A DNA stretch of 59,412 nt from a virus. Lineage: Duplodnaviria > Caudoviricetes. The notes under the pieces were generated by a model. The model was not told the DNA's origin. It was given only the letters and a program-made list of their open reading frames with translations, and did not search any database. Position numbers and translations under genes: made by a program. Location of the stretch: the IMG/VR virus record IMGVR_UViG_3300024520_000077, positions 1-59,412 of that record; one strand, written 5' to 3'. Shown here one piece after another: positions 25,798 to 35,192 of this stretch. Position 1 is the stretch's first letter. Each line of letters starts with the position of its first letter.

Positions 25798-25922
25798 AGA
25801 CTTCATTGGGGGCTTGGTTCCATGACCAGGCTGTGTCTAATGGTGGCTCCTGTGCTTGTCGTTCATCTTGTGCCCGGATCCGACTCTATGGCCATCTCGG
25901 GCGGCCTCTGGGGTCGAGCTTA

Positions 25923-26285
25923 TCACGCCGAGCGGGGTGGCGGATCGTTATTGCAAAAAGGTGTGTTGCTCAGGCTCAGCACCCGCCCCAGGGCATAGAC
26001 AATCGACGGCCCGATCTCCTGCCCCTTGACGCCGGCCGAGACGCTCTGAGCGAGCAGGCAAGCCTCCTTGAGGAACGGGCCGGCAGTGAAGATCGCGTCA
26101 CACAGGGCGCCCAGGAGCTTCTCCCCGCTCTTCGAGTCCAGGATATCCCCACGGTCCACGTGGTCTCGGCCACTGCCGTCGAGCCACTCGCGGACGTATG
26201 CCGCGCCCTCGGCGTTGAGTTCGTAAGGGCCCGCGGTGTTGATGGCCGCGCAGATTCTGTCTGCGGCCTCGTCTTTCGTGTTCAT
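25923..26285 (-). CDS. Hypothetical protein
   Basis: GAGGAG RBS; ATGA coupling. Confidence 0.55.
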   Translation of the reverse strand: MNTKDEAADRICAAINTAGPYELNAEGAAYVREWLDGSGRDHVDRGDILDSKSGEKLLGALCDAIFTAGPFLKEACLLAQSVSAGVKGQEIGPSIVYALGRVLSLSNTPFCNNDPPPRSA

Positions 26286-26809
26286 CGTGTGCTCCTCGTT
26301 TCGCGTGCTGCCCTCGTCGTCATCATCGCAACGGTGACGACGAGGGCGTAAAAGAAAATGCTGGTCGGCACCACCATCCCCGGCCTCTGAGCCGAGAAAG
26401 TGACGATTACAGCGGTGAGCAGGAGCGGCAGCAGCGCCGCGCCTGTAAGAGCCTCCCGAACCGCCTTGGCGGTGGGAATGTAAAATGCCCCGACGGCCAG
26501 GAGGACGGCCAGGGGAACCAATGGAAGCTCAAGCGGTGGCTCGGGCAAATCGAGCTGGCGGAGACCGGGCCGGACGAAGGCTGCCGCGCCAATCGCCCAG
26601 AATGCGGCAATGCCTCGGAAGATGAGACCTGGCCCACGTCGAGCTACGACGGACACCACCGCCAGGGCTGCCGCGCAGCCGATCGGCGCCCACCTGGGAA
26701 TCCCCGAAGCGTTGACAGAGGCGAGGAAGCCGGGCGTCAAGGCGCCGTAGAGACCGACGACGACGACCAGGAGGGCGGTGGCGGTGAGGATGTCGGGAAG
26801 CGTTTTCAA
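26282..26809 (-). CDS. Multi-pass membrane protein
   Basis: About 5-6 hydrophobic segments; TTGA-coupled start. Confidence 0.65.
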   Translation of the reverse strand: MKTLPDILTATALLVVVVGLYGALTPGFLASVNASGIPRWAPIGCAAALAVVSVVARRGPGLIFRGIAAFWAIGAAAFVRPGLRQLDLPEPPLELPLVPLAVLLAVGAFYIPTAKAVREALTGAALLPLLLTAVIVTFSAQRPGMVVPTSIFFYALVVTVAMMTTRAARETRSTR

Positions 26810-27039
26810 TGCCCTAGCGCGTCGGTCAATTGCGACAGTTTGATCCCGAGCTCCTCGACCTCGTATTCTACAGCGTCCACCCGTTCGATGAGTCGCGACA
26901 ACTCTCCGGCCTTCGCGTCCTCCGCCTCGTTCATGATTTGTGCCACGATCGCCCTGAGCGCTCCCGTCACCTTGTGACGCTCTGCGTTGCCGATCCGCGC
27001 TATTAGGCCGAGAAGTTCCTCGCTCGTTTCGTCGTCCAT
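26806..27039 (-). CDS. Small coiled-coil protein
   Basis: GGAAGGA RBS; heptad pattern. Confidence 0.6.
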   Translation of the reverse strand: MDDETSEELLGLIARIGNAERHKVTGALRAIVAQIMNEAEDAKAGELSRLIERVDAVEYEVEELGIKLSQLTDALGH

Positions 27040-27057
27040 TGCTTTTCCTTCCCATGC

Positions 27058-27234
27058 TTAGTTACCTTTCACCCATTTGATTACTTCGGCGATGAACGCT
27101 GTTATTACGCCAGCGCCCACCGCGGCGACGCCCCAGAGGGTTATCTTCCAACGCTCGGCGCGCCGGGCGCGGTTTTCGGTAATCACCCGAAGTTTCCTGG
27201 CCCAGGTGACGCGCGATGACTCAGGCTTACTCAT
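27058..27234 (-). CDS. 58-aa single-TM protein (holin-like; not in ORF track)
   Basis: Hand translation MSKPESSRVTWARKLRVITENRARRAERWKITLWGVAAVGAGVITAFIAEVIKWVKGN. Confidence 0.5.
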   Translation of the reverse strand: MSKPESSRVTWARKLRVITENRARRAERWKITLWGVAAVGAGVITAFIAEVIKWVKGN

Positions 27235-27256
27235 TACTTCTTCCTCGGCCTGGCCA

Positions 27257-28174
27257 TTATTGGATCCTCAAAAAGCAGTCACAATGCCCATGGAGCGGCG
27301 GCCGTCGTTGCGTAAGCACCCGCCCGTTTTCGCGAGCTGTGCCGCCCTCGATCGGATCGCCGACGAAGTCGTCGGAGATGCCGACCTCGGTGCCTATCAG
27401 GGAGCGACACCGGACGCACGGATGACCCGGGCGGGTGCCGACGTGCGACCACACGAGGCGCCGACGTGGGTCGATTTGGCCAAGGGCCACCCCGGCCTCC
27501 CATGATCTTCGGGCGCCCTCGTAGATCGCGGACCTCTTGACCCACTGCCAGAGGTCGCCGGCGCGGCGCGTCAGGAGCTTGCCGAAGAGGGCCCGCGCTC
27601 GCTTGCGGACCGTCCTCTGATTCGCCCCCTCGGCGCGCCACCTGCGCACGTTGCGGAACATCTGCTCAGTCATCGGCTCATTCAAACCGAAGCCGCGCAC
27701 GGCGACCAGGTCCTTCGCCGCCGCCTTGTCGATCGGGTTCCCGCGCGCCCACCGCGTCGCGATCGTCCGGGCTGCGCGGAGGGTCTTGCCCACCTCGGAG
27801 CCGATGATCTCGACGCCCCACCCGATCGCCCAGCGAGCAGCGCGGAGGCGGGCTTCCGGGGTGAGGGTCTCGGGGTCGACGGCCTTGATTCCGTAGACCT
27901 CCCTGAGCACCGGAGCGCCACGAAGCGCGACCGCGTCCACCTCCGCTGCCATTTCCACTCCCCGCTCCGCTCCCGCCTCAGCGATCGCGACGAGGGGCCC
28001 GTCGGCGCCGAAGATCACGCGGAGGGCGTCGGCGAGCCCGCGGGTCGCCGGCCAGCCGTCGGGCTCGCGAGGGTCCGTCGGCGCGCCGAGGCGGAAGGCG
28101 TTCAGGGCCTCCTCGATCTCGTCGGCGCCTCCGGTCGAGCCGTCGCGGATGTCGGCGAAGGGGTGAGCGGTCAT
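27257..28174 (-). CDS. Minor head/morphogenesis protein (Mu gpF/SPP1 gp7-like)
   Basis: RLVW...HPCVRCRSLIG...PPLHGHCDC C-terminus; downstream of portal. Confidence 0.85.
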   Translation of the reverse strand: MTAHPFADIRDGSTGGADEIEEALNAFRLGAPTDPREPDGWPATRGLADALRVIFGADGPLVAIAEAGAERGVEMAAEVDAVALRGAPVLREVYGIKAVDPETLTPEARLRAARWAIGWGVEIIGSEVGKTLRAARTIATRWARGNPIDKAAAKDLVAVRGFGLNEPMTEQMFRNVRRWRAEGANQRTVRKRARALFGKLLTRRAGDLWQWVKRSAIYEGARRSWEAGVALGQIDPRRRLVWSHVGTRPGHPCVRCRSLIGTEVGISDDFVGDPIEGGTARENGRVLTQRRPPLHGHCDCFLRIQ

Positions 28175-28443
28175 CCCGGGACCCCGGAAGGCTCGTCGGG
28201 GGTCGAGTACCGCACCGACATCTCGGGGGCATGCTCCGCGTCGCTGCCGTCGTCGAAGCGTAGCTCGAGAACGGTTGGCGGCCCGTGTCCATGGTAGCCG
28301 GTAAGCTTGGCGCCGACGAGGGTCTCGACGCCTGGCCAGTCGAAGGCGCCCACGGTGACGACGCGGCCGTCGGGGTAGTGGATCTCGATCCCTGGTTCGA
28401 GCATGCCCGGGAGCATCTCGCGGGAGATCAGGAGCGTGCTCAT
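28171..28443 (-). CDS. Hypothetical protein
   Basis: ATGA-coupled on both sides. Confidence 0.55.
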   Translation of the reverse strand: MSTLLISREMLPGMLEPGIEIHYPDGRVVTVGAFDWPGVETLVGAKLTGYHGHGPPTVLELRFDDGSDAEHAPEMSVRYSTPDEPSGVPG

Positions 28444-28886
28444 GGCTTCCCCGGGAAGGCGGCGTCGAATCCGGCCAGGACGTCGTCGGCGACGCGTACG
28501 GCGGTCTTCCCGTGGCTTTCCGAGAATTCGGCCTCCCCGTGACCATTCGCGAATTCGTCGAGCGCCTTCTCGACAACGTGGACCCACAGGCGGCGGCGTT
28601 CCTGGTCTCTTCGTCGGCACCTCTCTTGCTCGACCAGTGCCTCCGTGGGCGGTTGCGCCATGGCGCCGGCCTCGTTCTGTGGTCGCCTTTCAAGCTCGCG
28701 CTTCAAGCCCTCGTGAGCGGCGGCGAGTTTCTCGACGGCCTCGGGCACGTCTTCGCAGAGAGAGATACCCGAGCCCATTCCGATCGCGTCGGCGACGCGC
28801 CGTAGGGCTGCGCCCAGGCGCTCGGCCAACTCAGCGAAGCCCTCGGCGAGCGCCGGGTTCGTGTTACTCTGTCTCTCGTCGGCCAT
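28440..28886 (-). CDS. Hypothetical protein
   Basis: AAGGAG RBS; helical composition. Confidence 0.6.
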   Translation of the reverse strand: MADERQSNTNPALAEGFAELAERLGAALRRVADAIGMGSGISLCEDVPEAVEKLAAAHEGLKRELERRPQNEAGAMAQPPTEALVEQERCRRRDQERRRLWVHVVEKALDEFANGHGEAEFSESHGKTAVRVADDVLAGFDAAFPGKP

Positions 28887-28949
28887 TGGCTTGCTCCTTT
28901 GGTCGGTGGGCCGGCGGCGGTTCGCTCCTTGTCGCCGGCCGTTTTGCGT

Positions 28950-30338
28950 TTATGGCGGGACCGTAGCGAAGGGGTCGGGCATGTCGTCGAGGTCGCTGGT
29001 GATCGTGACGCCGTCGGGGACGCCGTAGCGCTCCTCTCCGCCGTCGACAGGACCACGTCCGGCGGCTTCTCGGAGCTCGTCGTGAGTGAAGGCCCAGGGC
29101 ACCGCGACCATGTGGGCCGCGTCGGCCTCGGCGTCGCGCAGGGGCGGCAGGCGGAAATGCAGCTGCCAGCCGCCGTCGTACTCCGGTCGCTTGCCGACGC
29201 CCAAGGGCTCGAAAAAGCGGTTCTGGTAGAAGCTCCGGGCCGCGTTGAGATCGGGCAGGATCGTGTTCTTCCTGAAGTGCTTCTCGGCTTGCGTGATGCT
29301 GGCCCGGCTCGATCCGCTGTCGACGATTCCGGCGACTTCCTGCGGGACTCCCATCACCTGCAGGGCGGTGTCGCGGATCCATGACCGCTGCTCGGTGATC
29401 TTGAGATCCGCGGGCGAGCTGCTGAGCTGGTGGACCTCGACGCCGCCGCGGGCCTGCCCTGCACCGCCGAGGGAATACCCGAGAAAGTGGGCCATGCCTG
29501 CCCGGGGCGGCCCCTGGTTCGCCTGGCGCCACTCCAGCTCGAGCGCTTCCTTTTGCCCGTCGCCTAGATTCGAGGCGGCGATCAAGACCCGTGGAATGGC
29601 GCTGTGGCGGTAGAGGGAAGCGACGTACTCGGCGGCGTGTTCGTCGACCTGAATGTCGTGGTCGAGGGCGGTCCCGTCTCCGCTCCCTGGCCCGTAGAAG
29701 TTGTCAGGGACGGGGTTTCTGAAGTAGGCGACGTCGGCGACCGGGATCTTCACTCCTGCGCCGCGGACGATCTCGAAGACGGGCGACGTCGTCGTCGGGA
29801 GCCGCATCCACGTGGGCGGTACGGGCCACCATCTCACCGGCATCCCGGACGCGTCGCGGTTGAGGACGTAGAAGAAGTCGCCGCCGAGCTTCAGGCACAC
29901 CGTCTCCAGGTGGTCGACCTGCGCCCCTGACAGGTTCATCCCGAGCGGGGCTTCGGGTACCCCGCGGCGCTTCATGTCGAGGAACGGATGCTTAAAGACC
30001 TCGACCAAATCGCCGGCGTCGATCGCTGCCTTGGTGACCCTGGCCCGATCCCACTCCTTGGCCGACGCCACGCGGTCGACGGCTTTCCGGCCACCTCGGC
30101 CCGACGGGCGAGTCAGGAACCACTCGGCCTCCGCCTCCCGTGCGCCGACGAGCTTCCCCGCCAGGCGCATCCATAGGTGGGTCCGGTACAGCGTCAGGAG
30201 GGCCGGCATGGACCGCCGGCCCGAGCCCGCGGAGCCCCCGAAGATGCCGCCCGCCTGGCCGGAGCCGATGATCTGGGCGTCGAGGTCGGCGAGGCGGTGG
30301 GCCTCCCGGCGGACGGCGGCGTCCTTTATCCAGCCCAT
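28950..30338 (-). CDS. Portal protein (HK97-like)
   Basis: HPFLD, LKLGGDFFYV, VAYFRNP.P...YG.G, LYRHSAIP, ALQVMGVP..VAG, FTHDELRE..G..PVDGG. Confidence 0.93.
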   Translation of the reverse strand: MGWIKDAAVRREAHRLADLDAQIIGSGQAGGIFGGSAGSGRRSMPALLTLYRTHLWMRLAGKLVGAREAEAEWFLTRPSGRGGRKAVDRVASAKEWDRARVTKAAIDAGDLVEVFKHPFLDMKRRGVPEAPLGMNLSGAQVDHLETVCLKLGGDFFYVLNRDASGMPVRWWPVPPTWMRLPTTTSPVFEIVRGAGVKIPVADVAYFRNPVPDNFYGPGSGDGTALDHDIQVDEHAAEYVASLYRHSAIPRVLIAASNLGDGQKEALELEWRQANQGPPRAGMAHFLGYSLGGAGQARGGVEVHQLSSSPADLKITEQRSWIRDTALQVMGVPQEVAGIVDSGSSRASITQAEKHFRKNTILPDLNAARSFYQNRFFEPLGVGKRPEYDGGWQLHFRLPPLRDAEADAAHMVAVPWAFTHDELREAAGRGPVDGGEERYGVPDGVTITSDLDDMPDPFATVPP

Positions 30339-31539
30339 GGAGCTCCCTTCGGCGGGCTGCACGAACCCTTGAACCACTCCGCCTTGAGCAGGTCCGCGTC
30401 GGTGCCGCTCGGCACCTTGACGGGGATCGCGTTCGGCGGCGGCCATGCAAGCTCGAACGTACCCGAGGCCGGATCGTAGCCGCGGACTTCGGCGTCCTCA
30501 GGGCTTGCTTCGGGCGTGCTCATGCCCTACGTCTATCACCTCTCGGCGCCGGACGCAAGCGGGAGCAAGGAGGGCGGCGGCAGGCAGGCGAAGCACGTCG
30601 GCACCGCGTACCCCGGCAGGCGGCGCGCGTCCTCGACCGGCCGGCCGCAGGTGCGGCACGCGATCGGGCCGTCGTAATCCGCCCAGGCTTCCCACCAAGC
30701 CAGCTGGGCCGGGGTCAGGACGTCGGACGGCGTGCTCACGGCTTCGTCCCCTGCCGCCCGAGGACGACCAGGTCCCGCAGATTCACGAGGCCCATGTAGA
30801 GGACGAAGACCGCCAGGCACCCGAGCCCGAGCCCGAAAGGCAGCACCCACCACCCGACCGGCACGGATAGCCCCCACGTCATCAGGAGCCACCCCAGGGC
30901 GGCGAGGAGCCAAAAGGTGGTCTCCGTCATCTGGTGCGGACCGCGGAGCCAGCGAGGCGGGGTCATTCCCACGCCTCGAAGAGGGCGACCACGCCGGCGA
31001 CCGCGAGCGCGTAGACGACGACCGCAGCGACACCGCCCCAGCCCCATCGGTCGAGGACAAGGGCCATGACGACGCAACCCTCGGAGAAGGAGCGAGTCTT
31101 CTCCGCCCGCGTCATTCGCCGCTCCTCCAGACGTTGGCCCGTTCGTCGATCCCTTCGTGGCGGAGCGCTGCGTGATCGACTCGGCCGGCGTCGCGGTCGG
31201 CCTGTAGCTCCGTGAACATCTCAGCGAGCCGGTCCGGGGTCGGCGGCTCGGCGGGTCGAGGAAGCGGGGTCGGGCGAGGCCGTGGTGGTCCGCCGTCGCG
31301 CGGCCCCACGAGGCGATCAAGGAATCCTTGCCACCTGCTCATCGCTTCCACCCCCTGCAGCCTTCGCAGAAATGTTGGTCGCCGTCGACCTCCCAGCCTT
31401 TGGCCTCGACGTCGCGATCAGTCCTGTCCATGCTCGTTCCATGGGTGTACGGGAACGGCGCCTCGACCTCCAACTCCTGGGAGCATTCGCCACCCCTGCC
31501 GTCACACAAGACCGTGATGTAGGCGTCGGAGTAGCTCAT
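30326..31539 (-). other. Run of about six small coupled ORFs (two hydrophobic, two with Cys motifs) between terL and portal
   Basis: ORFs 30326-30523, 30536-30739, 30736-30930, 30963-31115, 31112-31342, 31339-31539, most with overlapping stop/start codons. Confidence 0.5.
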
Positions 31540-32273
31540 CGCCGCCGCTCCCACCCGTCCCAGCCTTCGCGCACGTCCATCAAGCCCCCGTCCTCGACCT
31601 CGACCCACAACTTTTCCTCCTTGCGAAAGACGCGGTGACCGGCTTGCCGCCGCACGACGTCGCCAGCCTCGGGCTCGCCGTCGATCGGCTCCCAGCCAAG
31701 CATCTCCCGGATCGCCGCGGCTACTTCGCGGTCGGCGTCGATCTCCCCTTGCGTCGCCCCGCTGGCGTAGCCGCCGCCCGGCAGCGCTATCTCTCCGTCG
31801 CGATCGAGCTCGACGGCCACGCGGTCAAGGAGCCTTCGGAGATCGCCCGGCGTGCGGATCGCATCGCTGATCTGTAGCGCCAGTTGGGCCTCCTCCGCCC
31901 CGAGGACTCCGTCAAGCCTGCCCTCGAACCGCTCGCCGCTGAGCCGGAGGTGCTCGACGTCGCCCGGGCTGACGGGAAAGAGGATCCCGCCGTCCTCGGC
32001 TGCGTCGACGGCAAGCGCTTCCTCCAGGGCGTCCGCGAGCCACTTCCCTTGTGCCTCCGGGTTAGATGTGCCAGTGGCGTAGCCCGGCGAGCGAAGATAG
32101 GCGATTATGTCGCGGATCTTTCGGCGATCCTCGGCAAAGAACGCCTCGAAGTGCTCCCGCAGGAAGCCGTCGCGCGTCGCCTTCGGGTCGGTCCTCTTCA
32201 GCTCGAGGACGTGCTCCTCGAGGCGGTGGCGCAGCTTCTCGGGAAGTCGGAAGGAGGTCCTGGCCATCATCAT
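31536..32273 (-). CDS. Mosaic protein with N-terminal ribbon-helix-helix-like domain
   Basis: MARTSFRLPEKLRHRLEE...RDGFLRE; carries the 49-bp repeat. Confidence 0.6.
   Translation of the reverse strand: MMMARTSFRLPEKLRHRLEEHVLELKRTDPKATRDGFLREHFEAFFAEDRRKIRDIIAYLRSPGYATGTSNPEAQGKWLADALEEALAVDAAEDGGILFPVSPGDVEHLRLSGERFEGRLDGVLGAEEAQLALQISDAIRTPGDLRRLLDRVAVELDRDGEIALPGGGYASGATQGEIDADREVAAAIREMLGWEPIDGEPEAGDVVRRQAGHRVFRKEEKLWVEVEDGGLMDVREGWDGWERRR
31944..31992. repeat. 49-bp exact repeat, second copy at 34884-34932
   Basis: Encodes GGILFPVSPGDVEHLR in both genes. Confidence 0.95.
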
Positions 32274-32500
32274 GAGACCTCGTCGTCGTAGGCGTTTGCA
32301 TCTCGGCGAGCCAAGCTCTCGGCGGGGGTTGGGTCTCTTTTCACAGAGACTTCGAACGGTCGCCGCGTATCGAAGGCCACTACAGCATCCAGGAAGACAC
32401 GCTTCTTTCCGGGATCGTAGACGCTTCCATAGCCCTCCGGCACGATCGCCAGGGCGACCTCGTCGGGCACGATGTATGAGTAGGTGACCTTGACCTTCAC
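32270..32500 (-). CDS. Hypothetical protein
   Basis: AAAGGAG RBS; first gene after promoter. Confidence 0.55.
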   Translation of the reverse strand: MKVKVTYSYIVPDEVALAIVPEGYGSVYDPGKKRVFLDAVVAFDTRRPFEVSVKRDPTPAESLARRDANAYDDEVS

Positions 32501-32538
32501 GTCATTCGCTCCTTTCGCCGCTCCATCGCGACCTCAAG

Positions 32539-32600
32539 AGCCTATCAGACTGACACTCAAGTGTCTACCCCTTGACGCAAGGGGCCTGAGGTGAGAGGAT
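32539..32600. promoter_or_regulatory. Divergent promoters with a perfect GACACT-CA-AGTGTC palindrome
   Basis: Minus strand TAGACA-17-TAGGCT; plus strand TTGACG-17-GAGGAT; palindrome at 32552-32565. Confidence 0.6.
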
Positions 32601-32611
32601 AGCGCCAGGCG

Positions 32612-32805
32612 TCGAGGCGGCGGAGTTCGTTGGGTGAAACACCCGCGGCACAGGTCGCGATACGTGCGGGTTCGAGTCCCGCCGCCGCTGAGGCGCCTTC
32701 AATGGGCACAGGAATGGCGACGCGCGCCAAGCTGCGGACGACGACGAGGGCGCCCAAATCGTCGCGAGCGCGGCGCGATCGGGTTCGATCCCCGACCTGC
32801 CTCGA
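32612..32805 (+). ncRNA. Tandem tRNA-like elements with non-canonical anticodon arms
   Basis: Two T-arms, GCGGG-TTCGAGT-CCCGC and TCGGG-TTCGATC-CCCGA, each followed by an acceptor-like strand; no CCA. Confidence 0.6.
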
Positions 32806-32809
32806 GTCC

Positions 32810-34474
32810 CTACTTCATCGTCGAGAACGACCACGAGCCCGCGGTGATCGCCGCGTTCAGGGCTGCGCTCGCCGCATCAACCAGGTGATCGTCACCGCCC
32901 TCCTGGCCGTCGAAGTCGGCGTGCAGCTCGATGAAGCGCTCGGCATGTGGCCCGGCCAGCACCGCCACTTTGCCCGGTTGCACGATCGGGGTCTCACAGT
33001 TGCACAGGTCGTACGTCGACAGGCCGGCGCGCTCATGCTCCTTGACGACGAGGCGCCCACAGGCCAGGCAGTGAGGGGCGGCCTTCCCCGCGTGCGCTGA
33101 GGCGAGCGTCACCTTGCCCTTGCCGACCGGCATGAGGTGGACGACGAACCCGAGCTTCTGTAGCTGGCCCTGGACGCGGGCCGTGAACGTCTTCCCGATC
33201 GCCACCTCCGAAGGGATGGCCTGCTCACCCGTGGCGCCCTGCCGCTGTGCGTTGGCGATGGCGACACCTTCGACGAGCGCGACGGCCGGGTGCTCCTCGG
33301 TCGGATCACACCAGATGAACCCGAGATCGTGGCCGGCCTCCAGGACGCACAGGAGGGCCGAGGCGACCGCGTCGGCACCACCTGCCGCGAAGTCGTGACC
33401 ACGGAAGCACCGCGAGATCTTCGGAATCTCACCGGCCGCGGCCATGGCGACGAGGGCGTCAACGGGGCGGTCGAGGTCGTCGCGACCCTTGCCGATGATC
33501 GGGAACCAGGACGCGCGGAAGATGCCGCCGCCGGCGTTCTCGAGGGGGTCCTGTGCGTCCATCGCCGCCGCGATTGCCGGGTCGGCGGCGGCTCGCTTGC
33601 GGATCTCGGCGATCCCTTCCAGGGCCTCGCATAGGGCCTCGCCGTCCTTTCGTGGGTCCGGTACGACGGTACAGGACGCCGGGAAAGGACGACGCCTGGG
33701 CCGCTTCTCGGCCGGCAGGTTGAGCACCGTCCAGCCGAGCGCCTTCGCCTCGTCGAGCTCCCTCTCGTAGAATCGGCCGGCGGGGTCCTTCGGGCCGAAT
33801 CGCTGATGCATAAGCACCAGGGCCGGCGGCGGGCGTCGCTTCTCCGCCGACGTCCGAAAGGTGTGGATCGAGTTCTCGGCTATCACCTGCTCAGCTCGCG
33901 ACATCGCCGAGAAGTAGCTGTTCATGGGGTCGTCAACGATGCCGAGCCCCCACCCCTTGCCGACCTTGGCCGCCCGCGTCGTCGAGATCCACATGCCGCC
34001 GAGGTGCCCGGCGAGCTTCCACAGGGCCTTACTGTCGGTGTCGCGGCGCAGCTCGAGCCCTGCCCTCTTGACCATCGTCCGCGCAAAGTCGGAGTGCTCG
34101 CGCGCGAGCTCGTCGGAGGCGAAGAGCAGGGCCGCAAATTCGTCAGGGTGGTTTCGGACGAAACAAGAGCTCAGGCCCTGGGCTATCGTGCGGCTCTTGT
34201 AGTACCGCCGCGGCATGTGGATCATGAGATAGGGGACCTCGCCGTCGAGGACGGCTTGGCCAAGCTCTACCATCAGGCCGACGTGCCACCAGTCGAGATG
34301 GGGCCCCGGGTCGACCTCGCGGAGGTGCTGGCGGAGGCTCACCGTCCCGGAGCTGGGCAACTGCGCCCGGATGAGCTCCCGATCATCGGGCGGCAGCTGC
34401 GCCAGAACCGTCTCGATCTCGCCGGGCGGTAGCTTGGCGATGGCTTCGGCGGCTTCGAGGGGTGAGATGTTCAC
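32810..34474 (-). CDS. terL: Terminase large subunit
   Basis: LMIHMPRRYYKS (Walker A variant), LGIVDDP (Walker B), LMHQRF..DP.G, GHDFAA, DDHLVDAAS nuclease motifs. Confidence 0.92.
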   Translation of the reverse strand: MNISPLEAAEAIAKLPPGEIETVLAQLPPDDRELIRAQLPSSGTVSLRQHLREVDPGPHLDWWHVGLMVELGQAVLDGEVPYLMIHMPRRYYKSRTIAQGLSSCFVRNHPDEFAALLFASDELAREHSDFARTMVKRAGLELRRDTDSKALWKLAGHLGGMWISTTRAAKVGKGWGLGIVDDPMNSYFSAMSRAEQVIAENSIHTFRTSAEKRRPPPALVLMHQRFGPKDPAGRFYERELDEAKALGWTVLNLPAEKRPRRRPFPASCTVVPDPRKDGEALCEALEGIAEIRKRAAADPAIAAAMDAQDPLENAGGGIFRASWFPIIGKGRDDLDRPVDALVAMAAAGEIPKISRCFRGHDFAAGGADAVASALLCVLEAGHDLGFIWCDPTEEHPAVALVEGVAIANAQRQGATGEQAIPSEVAIGKTFTARVQGQLQKLGFVVHLMPVGKGKVTLASAHAGKAAPHCLACGRLVVKEHERAGLSTYDLCNCETPIVQPGKVAVLAGPHAERFIELHADFDGQEGGDDHLVDAASAALNAAITAGSWSFSTMK

Positions 34475-34478
34475 TGGC

Positions 34479-35078
34479 TCAACCGGAAGGCGGCATGCGG
34501 GCCGCCAGCGTCTCGAAGCCTGCCTGGATCGCCTCCACCACCTTGTCGGCGAATCCTCTGCCGCCGATCATGGCGTGGGGCTTGCACCCGGAGGCATCGG
34601 CGAAGCCTTTGCCGATCGCCTCGCCGAGGTGTCCGAGCTGCGCGGTGCTCAGTCGGTGGAGGGCATCGTCATCGCTCGGAATCTGCCGGTCGAGCACTTC
34701 CCGCAGCTCTATGGCGTGGTCGACCGTGATCCGGTATTCCGAGCCTTCCATGACGGTGAGCGTCACGGGGTTGCGCGTCACGGGGATGTCCTCCTCCTCG
34801 AGCCTGGCCGGTGACCAGCTCCTGGGCCTGTCGATGGAGTCGCCCTCGTCGGCGAGCGGCAGGTCGGCGACCGCCTGCGCCTTCCGGAGGTGCTCGACGT
34901 CGCCCGGGCTGACGGGAAAGAGGATCCCGCCGCAGTCCGCCGGGTCGCTTTCGCCGTCGGCGACCGCTTGCGCCACGGCCTCCTCGAGCTTGGCATCTAC
35001 GCCGACGAGCGCCTGCCGCTCGTTGATGTCCAGTCCGGTTGCTTCCTCGGCGGCTTCGTGCGATTCTTTGGTGGCCAT
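34479..35078 (-). CDS. Acidic hypothetical protein, cassette paralogue 1 (MATKESHEAAEEAT)
   Basis: Own promoter and RBS; shares 5' and 3' ends with 35189-35677. Confidence 0.7.
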   Translation of the reverse strand: MATKESHEAAEEATGLDINERQALVGVDAKLEEAVAQAVADGESDPADCGGILFPVSPGDVEHLRKAQAVADLPLADEGDSIDRPRSWSPARLEEEDIPVTRNPVTLTVMEGSEYRITVDHAIELREVLDRQIPSDDDALHRLSTAQLGHLGEAIGKGFADASGCKPHAMIGGRGFADKVVEAIQAGFETLAARMPPSG

Positions 35079-35135
35079 GACTTCTTCCTTTCGTGGTCGT
35101 GGCGTTGCCCGGGGATCACTGTCCTCGGGCTTTTT

Positions 35136-35164
35136 ACCTTATCGCGCCTCCGGCCCGACGTCAA
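35136..35164 (-). promoter_or_regulatory. Sigma70-type promoter
   Basis: TTGACG-17-TAAGGT followed by a 5' hairpin. Confidence 0.7.
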
Positions 35165-35192
35165 CCGCAGCTTCGAGGGGCGAGACGTTCAC
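35139..35192 (-). pseudogene. terL 5' stub (VNVSPLEAA...)
   Basis: 35170-35210 matches 34452-34492 at 37/41 nt; true TerL starts MNISPLEAA. Confidence 0.8.

Noticed and set aside
32616-32690. Functional decoding tRNA
   Set aside because: No canonical 5-bp stem with 7-nt anticodon loop, position 8 is not U, and no CCA; reported as tRNA-like only
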